A stretch of DNA of 27,612 nt, from the IMG/VR virus record IMGVR_UViG_3300036802_000049, positions 1-27,612 of that record; one strand, given 5' to 3'. Source of the stretch: a virus (taxonomy: Duplodnaviria > Caudoviricetes). The notes beneath the pieces were generated by a model. The model did no database searches, was not told where the DNA came from, and was given only the letters and a program-made list of their open reading frames with translations. Shown one piece after another: positions 8,567-18,186 of this stretch. Numbering within the stretch: the stretch's first letter is position 1; every line of letters starts with the position of its first letter. The position numbers were made by a program, and so were the translations under genes.

Positions 8567-9826
8567 GTGAAATTAAGTCAGAGATTACGGCTTGCCCTTG
8601 CTCCAAAAAATGCAATTAACGATATTTTACAGCAATATGCAGATGACTTTTTAAAGGGAGAAGATGTCCCGACTACGAGTAATCAGGTATACGGCTCATC
8701 TGCTTTGAAATTAACATCCGTCTTTGCGTGTAACAGGGTCCTCGCCGAAACCCTAGCGAGCTGCCCTGTTTTTTTATATGAAAAGGATGATCAAGGCAAT
8801 CGAAAACAGGCAAGCACAAATGTATCTGAGCTTTTAAGATATGCCCCTAATCCGGATATGACGCCAGTCCAATTTAAAGAAAGTGGCGTGACCAATATCA
8901 ATTTAGGTGGCAATTTTTTCGCCCAGAAAATAAAGAATTCCATGGGCGACGTCATCCAATTAAGGCCAATTCCCTGGAGCCAGGTTACAGTCAAATTTAA
9001 TTCCACGACTAATCGTTTAGAGTATGACGTAAACGGTGTCCCAACGATGACGAGAGCTGATATTTTGCATATACCAGGGCTCACATTTGATGGGTATATT
9101 GGAGTAACGCCAATTACTTATGCTCAAAATGCACTGAAAACAGGTAAAAATCAGGATGAATTTACCAATAACTTTTACAACAACGGGGTCACTACATCTG
9201 GGGTATTTGAAATTGAAAATGAGTTGAGTGATGCTGCATATGCGCGATTAAAAGCAGATATAAAGACAAACTATCGTGGACTTAAGAACGCAGGTACCCC
9301 ACTCCTACTCGAGGGTGGTGGTAAATACAAAGAAGTCACGATGAAACTCTCAGATGCACAATTTATCGAGAGTAGGAGATTTTCTGTCGAAGATATTTGT
9401 AGATTGTTTAGAGTGCCTCTTCACTTGGTGCAGGATCTAAGTCGGTCCACTAACAACAATATTGAACATCAGAGCCTTGAATTCGTAATGTACACCATGC
9501 TCCCGATATTTAAACGGTGGGAAGAGAATCTCAACTTGCAAATGCTAACTCCCGAAGAAAAGAAAAAGGGCATGTATTTTGAATTTAAGATCGATACTTT
9601 GCTTCGTGGTGACATGAAAACAAGGGCAGATTCTTACGCAGTTGGAAGGCAGTGGGGGTGGTTGTCCGTCAACGACATTAGGCGCATGGAAAATATGAGC
9701 CCTATACCGAATGGCGATGTGTATCTGCAGCCGAGCAACATGTTTGAAGCTGGTAGTCAGCCTCAGGCTCACGCTCAATTGGTTGAAGAGATTTATAACA
9801 TGATCAATGAAAGGAGGGTAGGATGA
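8567..9826 (+). CDS. HK97-family portal protein
   Basis: ILHIPGLTFDGYIGVTPI, ICRLFRVP, NNIEHQSLEF, LSVNDIRRMENM motifs. Confidence 0.95.
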   Translation: MKLSQRLRLALAPKNAINDILQQYADDFLKGEDVPTTSNQVYGSSALKLTSVFACNRVLAETLASCPVFLYEKDDQGNRKQASTNVSELLRYAPNPDMTPVQFKESGVTNINLGGNFFAQKIKNSMGDVIQLRPIPWSQVTVKFNSTTNRLEYDVNGVPTMTRADILHIPGLTFDGYIGVTPITYAQNALKTGKNQDEFTNNFYNNGVTTSGVFEIENELSDAAYARLKADIKTNYRGLKNAGTPLLLEGGGKYKEVTMKLSDAQFIESRRFSVEDICRLFRVPLHLVQDLSRSTNNNIEHQSLEFVMYTMLPIFKRWEENLNLQMLTPEEKKKGMYFEFKIDTLLRGDMKTRADSYAVGRQWGWLSVNDIRRMENMSPIPNGDVYLQPSNMFEAGSQPQAHAQLVEEIYNMINERRVG

Positions 9827-10620
9827 TGACTAAATTTTGGAATTTTATTAAAAATGCTGCAACCGAAGTTGTAGAGCTCCGTATCGATGGTGACATCAAG
9901 ATGGAGCAAGACTTTTGGGACATGCTCTTCGGTATTGAGAGTTTTACAGCAAAAGGATTTATCGCGGCGCTGAATAATTATAAAAACCAGGACTTAACGG
10001 TCTGGATCAACTCTTATGGCGGCGAAACCTATGCAGCCTCTTGCATTTACACCGCTTTAAAAGAGCACAAGGGTAAGATATCCGTGAAAATCGATGGCGT
10101 TTGCATGTCGGCAGCCTCTGTTATTGCGATGGCTGGTGATGAAATAAGCATGTCACCGACTGCTATTATGATGATTCATAATCCTTGGATGGGCAGAATA
10201 CAGGGAGAATCAAAGGATTTTAGGCATTATGCGGATGTCCTTGATGAAGTAAAGAGCACGATTTTGGACGCATACCAGTCAAAAACAAAACGGTCTGCGG
10301 AAGAAATTAGTGCTTTGATGGACGAAGAAACCTATATGGGAGCTAAAAAGGCACTTGCTGAAGGTTTTATTGATAAAATCCTTTATCAAGACGAAGCAAG
10401 CAATGAACTCACCGGTGCTGTCGCATTTTCTGGTTTACGAGTACAAAATACTTTGAACCAGTCAACGCGAGAGTTTTTTGCAGAGCTGCTAGAACGATCA
10501 AAACAATATCAGAATCAGAATCCACAGGATCCACCTGAAAAGGGTGCGGTAACTGTGGATTTTAATTTATATAATAACCTAATTCTCAATAATGAAAGGC
10601 GGAAAAAACTATGGGTTTAA
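9823..10620 (+). CDS. ClpP-type head maturation protease
   Basis: INSYGGE, MSAASVIAMAG (catalytic Ser), MIHNP (His). Confidence 0.93.
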   Translation: MMTKFWNFIKNAATEVVELRIDGDIKMEQDFWDMLFGIESFTAKGFIAALNNYKNQDLTVWINSYGGETYAASCIYTALKEHKGKISVKIDGVCMSAASVIAMAGDEISMSPTAIMMIHNPWMGRIQGESKDFRHYADVLDEVKSTILDAYQSKTKRSAEEISALMDEETYMGAKKALAEGFIDKILYQDEASNELTGAVAFSGLRVQNTLNQSTREFFAELLERSKQYQNQNPQDPPEKGAVTVDFNLYNNLILNNERRKKLWV

Positions 10621-11891
10621 AATTAATGTTAAAAAACAAGCTAGACCAGCAATCACTTTTAGTAAAAGGAGCAGTTGATGCAAGTAGGGCGATGACAACT
10701 GAGGAGCAGACGCAATTTGACACACTCGAAACGGAGATTAAGAATCTCGAAAAAACAATTGAAGCAGAGGAAAAAGTAGCAAAGGCGCAAGCTGCCGCAC
10801 AACAACCAGCTCCAAATTCGCGCATTATCGTTCCTGCGGTACCGAAGAATCCTGACGATAAAAAGTGGAAAAACATGGGGGAATATTTACAAGCGGTAAG
10901 TAATGCATATAAACCAAACGGGTCCATCGACAACCGTTTAACCTTTCAAAACGCAGGAACTGGTTTAAATGCTGGTGTATCATCTGAAGGTGGATTTTTG
11001 CTCGATAATCAATTTATCGATGGCTTACAGCAAGCCATGACTGCTGAATCACAATTGGCAAAGTTAATTCGGGCTATCCCAATTGGTGATAATACAAACC
11101 GCTTAAAGACACTAGGCGTGGATGAAAACTCCCGTGCAAACGGTTCAAGATGGGGTGGGGTACAGGCATATTGGGTAGCTGAAGCAGATACCGTTACCGG
11201 ATCTAAACCAAAATTTCGCGATATTGACATGAAACTTGAAAAGTTAATGGCCCTTTGCTATACCACAGATGAGTTATTGCAGGATGCTACTGCTCTTGAA
11301 GCAATTATCAAGCAAGCCTACGCGGAGGAAATGGCCTTTAAGGTGGATGATGCTATCCTTAACGGCGACGGTGTTGGCAAACCAACAGGAATCATGAATT
11401 CAGGGGCATTAATAACGCAAAATAAAGAAGCTGGCCAAGCAGCAGGGTCAATTGTACACGGGAACATTACAAAAATGTGGCAGCGTTTGGTGGCAAGAAG
11501 TAGAAGCAACGCTATTTGGCTCATTAACCAAGAGTGCGAGGGTCAATTAACAGATATGACTTTTACATCTGGAGGAAATACAATGCTATCGCCGTATGCA
11601 AAGGAATACGTTGAAAAGGGAACGATTAAAGGACGTCCTGTCCAAACAATCGAGCAAGCTCAGGGGTTAGGTACTGTCGGGGATATCGTTCTAGCGGATC
11701 CATCGCAATACATCGGCATCGATAAGACAAAAGCTCAATCGGATGTATCCATCCATGTACGGTATTTATATGACGAGTCAGTTTTCCGTTTTATTTATCG
11801 CTTTAATGGCCAAACATATCGGACAGCACCAATCGCACCATTTAAAGGGTCAACTACACTATCCAACTTTGTAGCACTTCAAGCAAGATAA
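10611..11891 (+). CDS. Major capsid protein, HK97 fold with delta domain
   Basis: Coiled-coil N-terminus, EGGFLL, AYWVAE, ILNGDGVGKPTGI. Confidence 0.95.
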   Translation: MGLKLMLKNKLDQQSLLVKGAVDASRAMTTEEQTQFDTLETEIKNLEKTIEAEEKVAKAQAAAQQPAPNSRIIVPAVPKNPDDKKWKNMGEYLQAVSNAYKPNGSIDNRLTFQNAGTGLNAGVSSEGGFLLDNQFIDGLQQAMTAESQLAKLIRAIPIGDNTNRLKTLGVDENSRANGSRWGGVQAYWVAEADTVTGSKPKFRDIDMKLEKLMALCYTTDELLQDATALEAIIKQAYAEEMAFKVDDAILNGDGVGKPTGIMNSGALITQNKEAGQAAGSIVHGNITKMWQRLVARSRSNAIWLINQECEGQLTDMTFTSGGNTMLSPYAKEYVEKGTIKGRPVQTIEQAQGLGTVGDIVLADPSQYIGIDKTKAQSDVSIHVRYLYDESVFRFIYRFNGQTYRTAPIAPFKGSTTLSNFVALQAR

Positions 11892-11893
11892 TA

Positions 11894-11918
11894 AAGGCGG
11901 ATCCGTCCGCCTTATTTT
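11894..11918 (+). terminator. Hairpin/terminator after capsid gene
   Basis: AAGGCGGA-TCCG-TCCGCCTT then ATTTT. Confidence 0.6.
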
Positions 11919-11941
11919 AATTAAGAAGGAGACATGATTAA

Positions 11942-12421
11942 ATGAGAACTTTACCAGAAAAATATAATATTGTCCAAGCTGCACAACCTCAGACAACTAA
12001 CGTAGCAATCAACGGCAAGTATGTAAGTTTGAAAAATGCGATTGTTGCTTTTGTAATTGTGCATTTGACACAAGCAGTCGCACATGCGACTACCATTTCT
12101 TTATTTCAGGCACAGGATGTAGGTGGAACGGGTGCGAAGGCACTAGCAAGTAATGTTCCTGTGTGGGCAAACGAGGATGCGGCAGCAACTGATCAATTTG
12201 TAAGGCAAGCTGATGGGGTATCATATGCTGTTGCCAATAATGTTAAAAATAAAACAGTTGTATTCCAGATTGAGCCGTCTCGTTTGGACATTAATAATGG
12301 GTTTACATCACTACAAGCAAGGATCGGAGCAAGTGGTCAGGCGACAAACTTTGGGACGATTGAAATCCTTGTAGACAATAAATATGAGCAATCAAACCCG
12401 CCAAGTGTTTTAGTTAACTAA
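11942..12421 (+). CDS. Putative capsid decoration/accessory protein
   Basis: 159 aa, beta-rich, strong RBS, between capsid and head-tail connector; function inferred from position. Confidence 0.55.
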   Translation: MRTLPEKYNIVQAAQPQTTNVAINGKYVSLKNAIVAFVIVHLTQAVAHATTISLFQAQDVGGTGAKALASNVPVWANEDAAATDQFVRQADGVSYAVANNVKNKTVVFQIEPSRLDINNGFTSLQARIGASGQATNFGTIEILVDNKYEQSNPPSVLVN

Positions 12422-12422
12422 T

Positions 12423-12456
12423 AAAAGGAGACCTATTTGGTTTCCTTTTCCTTTTT
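12423..12456 (+). terminator. Intrinsic terminator-like hairpin
   Basis: AAAAGGAGACC-TATTT-GGTTTCCTTTT followed by a T-run. Confidence 0.55.
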
Positions 12457-12469
12457 GGGGGTGGATTTA

Positions 12470-12778
12470 TTGGATATTACTACCGTAGAAATTAAGAACT
12501 ATTTGAAGCTTGAGGATTTGACTGCGAATGAGGAAGTTTTAATTGATGCAATCGCCAAGGCATCAATTGGTTTTTGCGAAACAAAATTAAATCGTCCTAT
12601 TTTAGACGCTAATATGAATGAAACGAATACATGGACAGTAGCTGAGGAAGTGCGAATTGCCGTTTATTTAGTAGCGTCGCATTGGCACGAAAACCGATCA
12701 CCTGTTGGTCAGGTAACGCAAGAAGTAGACTTTACAGTGAATGCAATTCTCCAGCCGCATCGCTTCCGGAATGTGTAG
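12470..12778 (+). CDS. Head-tail connector (gp6-like)
   Basis: IKNYLKL…AVYLVASHWHENR motif; TTG start after GGGGGTGG. Confidence 0.88.
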   Translation: MDITTVEIKNYLKLEDLTANEEVLIDAIAKASIGFCETKLNRPILDANMNETNTWTVAEEVRIAVYLVASHWHENRSPVGQVTQEVDFTVNAILQPHRFRNV

Positions 12779-12787
12779 GTGATGACG

Positions 12788-13108
12788 ATGAATCCTGGAC
12801 AACTAAACAAGCGTATCACTTTTTTAGAGCAAACAGCATCTCAAAACTCCTACGGTGAATCAGAAAATACCTGGAATGAAATCGCAACCGTTTGGGCAAA
12901 TGTAAAGCCGTTACAAGGAAGGGAGCTATATCTAGCCAAACAGGTCCATGCTGAAATATCGTCTAAGATAACGATTAGATATCGACCAGGCGTATTGCCT
13001 AAAATGCGGATTAAGTATGGAGTAAGAACTCTAGAAATTATAGCTCCTCCTATAGATATCGAAGAGAAAAATCTATTCCTCGAAATCGCATGCAAGGAAG
13101 TGATGTGA
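12788..13108 (+). CDS. Head closure / head-tail joining protein (SPP1 gp16-like)
   Basis: MNPGQLNKRITF, TVWANVKPLQGRE, ITIRYR. Confidence 0.9.
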   Translation: MNPGQLNKRITFLEQTASQNSYGESENTWNEIATVWANVKPLQGRELYLAKQVHAEISSKITIRYRPGVLPKMRIKYGVRTLEIIAPPIDIEEKNLFLEIACKEVM

Positions 13109-13587
13109 TGGATAGAAGCGAAATCAGGGGTTGGAATGAGCTTATTAGGACGATGAAACAGCTAGAAAAGCTACCACAAAAATGCGTAACAAAATCAGCT
13201 AAAGATGGTATGAAAATTGTACTAAAGGCAGCTAGAGTTCTTGCTCCGGTTGATGATGGAACTCTTAGAATAGGTATTAAATTAGTTGGTGAACGTGCGA
13301 GAATCCCTGGTAAAAAAGTTTATCAAGTAGTACCAGACAGCGCCTTAAATCATGTTTTTCGAAAACCAGTCCCGGACCCGAATGCAGAACATCCAAGGGG
13401 AAAAGGCGTATATGGCGGTAAAAACGATACAGCTTATTATCCAGCATCACAGGAATATGGTTTTTTAACTGCCGGTGGTTATGTTCCTGGGTATCATTTT
13501 ATGCGAAATGCTATGGATAACAATTATCGTGCAGTTGAACAAAAAATGATAAGTGTCATGACCAAAGAAATAGACAAAATAAGGTGA
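13108..13587 (+). CDS. HK97 gp10-like tail completion protein
   Basis: APVDDGTLR, QEYG, PGYHFMRNA motifs; TGATG coupling to the upstream gene. Confidence 0.85.
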   Translation: MDRSEIRGWNELIRTMKQLEKLPQKCVTKSAKDGMKIVLKAARVLAPVDDGTLRIGIKLVGERARIPGKKVYQVVPDSALNHVFRKPVPDPNAEHPRGKGVYGGKNDTAYYPASQEYGFLTAGGYVPGYHFMRNAMDNNYRAVEQKMISVMTKEIDKIR

Positions 13588-13591
13588 TTTT

Positions 13592-13972
13592 ATGAACTTT
13601 GAGGAAGCGTTTAGGGCTGAACTTAGCACTATAACAGAATTAACTAATAAGGTGTACCCCTTAAATGCGACTGAGGGAGTAAAGGCACCTTACGTCATTT
13701 ACATGCCTGGTGAGGGATTGCAGGATAAGACATTAGAAGGTTATTTGGCAAGCAAAGAGGTTGAATGTGAGATTAATATTTTGCATGACTCATACGGCAA
13801 TTTAAAAAGCTTAGCAAAACAGGTTTTATCCAAAGTCATATCTTTTCAAAGCCGAATGATCGGCGATAACGGCCCATTTATTCAAAATGTGACTTATGAA
13901 AAACCTGTCGAACTATATGAATCGCAAGTATTTCTTTATCGGTGTGTTATTGATTTGAAATTTAGATTATAG
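13592..13972 (+). CDS. Tail terminator protein (DUF3168-like)
   Basis: KVYP…APYVIY; position just before the tail tube gene. Confidence 0.75.
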   Translation: MNFEEAFRAELSTITELTNKVYPLNATEGVKAPYVIYMPGEGLQDKTLEGYLASKEVECEINILHDSYGNLKSLAKQVLSKVISFQSRMIGDNGPFIQNVTYEKPVELYESQVFLYRCVIDLKFRL

Positions 13973-13983
13973 GAGTTGATCAT

Positions 13984-14688
13984 ATGCCAGCACAAGCGGC
14001 AATGGGTACTAAATTAATGATTGGTGCCAACAGCGTAGCAGACCTCGAGAGTATCGGCGGTCTTGATTTAAAAGCAGATACGATTGAGACAACTACGTTA
14101 GATAGCCAAGGATGGAAAACATTTATTCAAGGGTTAAAGGATGCGGGGGAGGTTAGTTTATCTGGATTTTTTAATCCTGGCGACAGCAACGGGCAAATTG
14201 CTCTTTACAATGCCTTTGGTACTGGTGCGCAGCTAGCGTTTACGATCCTATTTCCATTTGGAGCAAGTTGGGCATTTAATGGAATTGTAACGGGCATTAA
14301 AACGGATGTACAAATGGCAGATGCAGTACCTTTCGAAGCTACAATAAAAGTAAGTGGGCAACCAAGTCTAGGGTTAACACCTTCAGCTGGGCTATCATCA
14401 CTAGCTTTAGTAGGTGTAGCAGGTACGTTGACCCCAACGTTTAGTGTTGGTAATACTCTGTATGCTTTTAGTGGTGTAACAGCCGCATCTGTCACTCTTA
14501 CCGCAACAGCTGCTAACCACACAATCTCTTTATTTGTGGATGGTGTGTTAGCTCAAAACTTGACTAGCGGCGTAGCATCAGCTGCTATTCCAATCACTGC
14601 AGTTGGATCGAAAAAGTTGACAATTGTAGCAAATGAACCGAATAAAGCACCGAAAATCTATGAAATTACACTTGTGAAAACTGCTTAA
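13984..14688 (+). CDS. Major tail tube protein with C-terminal Ig/cadherin-like domain
   Basis: IETTTLDSQGWKTFIQGLKDAGE…ATIKVSGQP tube domain, then LSSL…LTPTFS…Y…VTLTATA beta-sandwich. Confidence 0.9.
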   Translation: MPAQAAMGTKLMIGANSVADLESIGGLDLKADTIETTTLDSQGWKTFIQGLKDAGEVSLSGFFNPGDSNGQIALYNAFGTGAQLAFTILFPFGASWAFNGIVTGIKTDVQMADAVPFEATIKVSGQPSLGLTPSAGLSSLALVGVAGTLTPTFSVGNTLYAFSGVTAASVTLTATAANHTISLFVDGVLAQNLTSGVASAAIPITAVGSKKLTIVANEPNKAPKIYEITLVKTA

Positions 14689-14721
14689 GACTAGGGATTT
14701 ATGTCCTTAGTCTTTTTATTT
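14687..14721 (+). terminator. Intrinsic terminator after tail tube gene
   Basis: AAGACTAGGGA…TCCTTAGTCTT plus T-run. Confidence 0.65.
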
Positions 14722-14743
14722 TGTGAAGGAGGAAGACGAAACA

Positions 14744-15112
14744 ATGAGTGATAAAAACGATGTAATCATTATTAATCTTGATAGACCTCGGGTATTACGG
14801 TTTGGTCATAAGGCATTAAAAAAACTAATGGCAGCAACTGGTAAGGATATCGAAAATATTGAGGTTAACGGTAACAACTTAGAAGAGCTGGAAAAAATCA
14901 TTTTCTTTGGACTAGAGGCAGATGCAAAAGAACACAACGAAACTTTAAAGTTGGAAGACATGGAAGATTTGCTTGATCAAGCACCCGTATGGTCTGAAAT
15001 TATGGAAAAAATGCAGTTAGCATTAAACGCAGCATTTGGTAGTTTTGCTGAAGATGAAAAAAACTTACAGGGGATTGTGGAGATGAGCAAGGCAACCAAG
15101 CCGAAAAAGTAA
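14744..15112 (+). CDS. Tail assembly chaperone (gpG equivalent)
   Basis: AAGGAGG RBS before ATG 14744; position between tube and tape measure; slippery site near the 3' end. Confidence 0.85.
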   Translation: MSDKNDVIIINLDRPRVLRFGHKALKKLMAATGKDIENIEVNGNNLEELEKIIFFGLEADAKEHNETLKLEDMEDLLDQAPVWSEIMEKMQLALNAAFGSFAEDEKNLQGIVEMSKATKPKK

Positions 15113-15414
15113 AATTCTCTTGGGAAAACTCTCTTAAATCTGCAATCCATCTTGGGATAGGTATAAACGAATATAACGATATGACACCGTATGAGTTGAA
15201 CTTATTCATTCAGGATTTTAACGATAAGCAAAAGCTCATGAACGAAGAAAAACTCACTTTAACTTGGTTGGGTGCATACTGGCATCGAGTTGAAAAATTA
15301 CAACCTTTAAAAGAAGTATTGGGAAAACAAGAAGTGAAAAAGCAAATGACAAACGAACAAATGCTTAGTGCGGTCACGAATTTAAATGCCGCATTTGGCG
15401 GGAAAACATACTAA
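15058..15414 (+). CDS. Tail chaperone gpT portion, reached by -1 frameshift
   Basis: A AAA AAC heptamer at 15058-15064; the -1 frame opens right after TGA 15055 and runs through LGIGINEYNDMTPYEL to 15414. Confidence 0.85.
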   Translation, partial: KKLTGDCGDEQGNQAEKVKFSWENSLKSAIHLGIGINEYNDMTPYELNLFIQDFNDKQKLMNEEKLTLTWLGAYWHRVEKLQPLKEVLGKQEVKKQMTNEQMLSAVTNLNAAFGGKTY

Positions 15415-15428
15415 GGAGGTGAGATCAT

Positions 15429-17813
15429 TTGGCAATTGTAAGAAACCTGATTGTTCGTGGTGGCGCTGATTTTAGCGGAATGCGGCGGGGGATGCAGCAA
15501 GCACAGAGTCAATTGAATAATTTCCACCGTAGTATTTCGGGTACCGTCAAAAAAATTGGTTTAACTCTTGCTACGATTGGAGCAAGCTGGGGAATAAAAA
15601 GTTCCGTTGATGATGCTATGAAGTTTGAAGCCCTCATGGGAACGCTTAGTACATCTCTAGGAAACAGTATGAACGATTTTATAAAGTGGCAAAACACAGT
15701 TGGAGCCTCAATAGGTTTTTCTAAGTTACAGTCTGCTGAACTTGCAAACATGTTGTCTTTAAACTTTAAGATGTTTGCTACAAGCCAAAAGGACCTGTTG
15801 GACAAAACAACGAAAATGATGGAGACAGCAGCTGTCATTTCCAGTAAGCGAGGCATGGCAATGACTGAGGTTTCGGACCGTATCCGAAGCGCCATGAACC
15901 AAGAAGCAGATGGTGCTGACGAGTTAGGCGTTAACGTCCGTGTAACAGCTATGCAGCAATCAAAAGCATACAAAGAAATGGCAAACGGAAAGCCTTGGTC
16001 AGAACTTAGCACGAATATGCAAAAGGCAATTTTATATCATCACATTTTAGAATCGGTAAGTACAAATCTTGGCGATTCTTTACAGCATAATACTGCTCTG
16101 AAAATGTCGGCATTTACCGCGACATTAAAAGATGTGGGGCTTGCATTTGGCCAAGCTTTCCTTCCCATTCTGAATATTGCTCTTCCGGTATTAACTGCTT
16201 TTATGCGAAGAATTGAAACTGCCCTCCAATATGTATCAGCATTTAGTCGAGCTTTGTTTGGTGTTAGTACTGGTGGAATTAAAGATCAGGCGAAAGCTAC
16301 TCAACAACAAGCGTCTGCGGTTGGGGGTTTAGGAAACGCTACTGAAAAAGCAGGAAAACAAGCAAAGAAAGCGGGGAAAGATGCAAAGGGTGCGCTAGCA
16401 AGTTTTGATGAGATTAACTCGCTCGCTAATAATTCCTCAAGTGGGGCAGATACAAGCGGAGCAGATGCAAGTGCTATCACTACTCCTGACATGGGACAAA
16501 CCGATAGTGGTATACAACCAATTAATGCAGAAATTCAAGCCTACGCAGACAAAGTGCGGGGCTATTTTAATGTAGTCAAAGACTTTATGAAGGGTGTAGG
16601 ATCATTTATCTCGAAGAACAAAGAAATTATCATTAGTGCCATTGCCGGTATAGCGGCGGGATTTGCTGCCTTTGAAATTATCAGTAAGTGGTCAAAAATA
16701 GTAAAAGCCCTGCAAATAGCTTGGGAAGCATTATCTCTTGCTATCACTGGTATATCATGGCCAATTGTTGCAGTAGCGGCTTTAATAGCCTTATTTGTCG
16801 GAAATCTTGTCTACCTTTGGCAGACAAACGAAAAATTTAGAGACTCTGTACTTGGAGTTTGGCAACAAATTAAAGATTTTGTTACAAAAGTTACCTCTGA
16901 CATGTGGGAAATTTTAAAAGGTACTTGGGATAAATATGGTGCCGATATCGTTAGTGGGGTCGGTGGATTCATGAAGTCAATCCAAAGTATTATCCTGAAT
17001 TTATGGGAAAGCTTTTTGAAGCCGGTCATGAAAAGTGGACTAGAAATGCTCTCTAATTTATGGGATAAGCATCTAAAAGGATTAGTAGCACAGCTACTTG
17101 ATTTTGTTGCTAAGTTGGTGAGTTCAGCCTTGGAAATTTGGAACAAGTTTATATCTCCAATTGTGAACTGGTTGATCCAAACGCTTGGCCCCATTTTTGC
17201 AAGTGTTTTTAGCGGTATTTTTAAAGTTATCGGCACGGTTGTGGGGGTAGCTGCTGACGTAGCATCCGGATTATTTAAAGCTCTTGGAGGTATCCTTGAC
17301 TTTATTACGGGTGTTTTCACGGGCAATTGGTCAAAAGCTTGGAATGGGGTTAAGGATATTTTCGGCGGAATATTTGACAGTTTATATAGCTTGGTTAAAA
17401 CCTCTCTTAACTGGATCATCGATATGGTTAATAAAGTTATTTCAGGTTTAAATTCATTAAGCATTAAGATACCTGATTGGTCACCAGTTGGAGCTGGGCA
17501 AAGTTTTGGCATAAACATTAAACCGATACCGCATCTTGCAAAAGGCGGTATCACAAACGGTCCAACACTTGCTATGATCGGGGATAATCCAGGAGGACAA
17601 GAAGTAGTATCGCCATTGGACAAGCTATCAGATATTGTTGCCTCCGCTGTAGGCACTGCAATGATGCAAGCGATGCAGTATAGCAAGCCTAGCACAACTG
17701 GCGGAGATATTTTATTTAACATCGATGGTAGGACGTTCGGCAGGATCATCAAACCGTTTATTGATATGGAGAATAACCGTGTAGGTAATAATGTTAAATT
17801 GAATCCAATTTAA
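15429..17813 (+). CDS. Tape measure protein
   Basis: 794 aa, Ala/Gly-rich helical, aromatic-spaced repeats (W/F), C-terminal LAKGGITNGPTLAMIGD. Confidence 0.93.
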   Translation: MAIVRNLIVRGGADFSGMRRGMQQAQSQLNNFHRSISGTVKKIGLTLATIGASWGIKSSVDDAMKFEALMGTLSTSLGNSMNDFIKWQNTVGASIGFSKLQSAELANMLSLNFKMFATSQKDLLDKTTKMMETAAVISSKRGMAMTEVSDRIRSAMNQEADGADELGVNVRVTAMQQSKAYKEMANGKPWSELSTNMQKAILYHHILESVSTNLGDSLQHNTALKMSAFTATLKDVGLAFGQAFLPILNIALPVLTAFMRRIETALQYVSAFSRALFGVSTGGIKDQAKATQQQASAVGGLGNATEKAGKQAKKAGKDAKGALASFDEINSLANNSSSGADTSGADASAITTPDMGQTDSGIQPINAEIQAYADKVRGYFNVVKDFMKGVGSFISKNKEIIISAIAGIAAGFAAFEIISKWSKIVKALQIAWEALSLAITGISWPIVAVAALIALFVGNLVYLWQTNEKFRDSVLGVWQQIKDFVTKVTSDMWEILKGTWDKYGADIVSGVGGFMKSIQSIILNLWESFLKPVMKSGLEMLSNLWDKHLKGLVAQLLDFVAKLVSSALEIWNKFISPIVNWLIQTLGPIFASVFSGIFKVIGTVVGVAADVASGLFKALGGILDFITGVFTGNWSKAWNGVKDIFGGIFDSLYSLVKTSLNWIIDMVNKVISGLNSLSIKIPDWSPVGAGQSFGINIKPIPHLAKGGITNGPTLAMIGDNPGGQEVVSPLDKLSDIVASAVGTAMMQAMQYSKPSTTGGDILFNIDGRTFGRIIKPFIDMENNRVGNNVKLNPI

Positions 17814-17825
17814 GGTGGTGGGTAA

Positions 17826-18176
17826 ATGGCGCTAATAGCAATTAACGGGGTGGATTTACCCACTCCATCCGACTATCAGGTGGGAATTCAAGATTTAAGC
17901 AAAGCTGAACGAAATGTCAGAGGTGATATGCTTATTGAGAGGATTGCAACCAAGATAAAAATAGAGCTCGCATGGCCATTTTTAACTGGTGCTCAGTATA
18001 GTCAAATTTTAAATCTAGTGGAACCGGTCTTTTTTTCGGTGTCTTATTTTGATCCTAAAAGTAATGCGATGAAAACAGGTACTTTTTATTGCGGTGATCG
18101 TCAAGCTCCGATGATGCGATTTAATAACGGTGTGGCGAGTTGGAAAGACGTCAAATTTAATATAATCGAACGGTAG
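17826..18176 (+). CDS. Distal tail (Dit-like) protein
   Basis: INGVDLPTPS…RNVRGDM…FYCGDR…FNIIER; directly after tape measure. Confidence 0.7.
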   Translation: MALIAINGVDLPTPSDYQVGIQDLSKAERNVRGDMLIERIATKIKIELAWPFLTGAQYSQILNLVEPVFFSVSYFDPKSNAMKTGTFYCGDRQAPMMRFNNGVASWKDVKFNIIER

Positions 18177-18186
18177 GTGTGTAAAT

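Noticed and set aside
16811-17752. 313-aa antisense ORF (and the other antisense/overlapping ORFs within core genes)
   Set aside because: Shadow frames of well-supported genes; no RBS or recognisable motifs.
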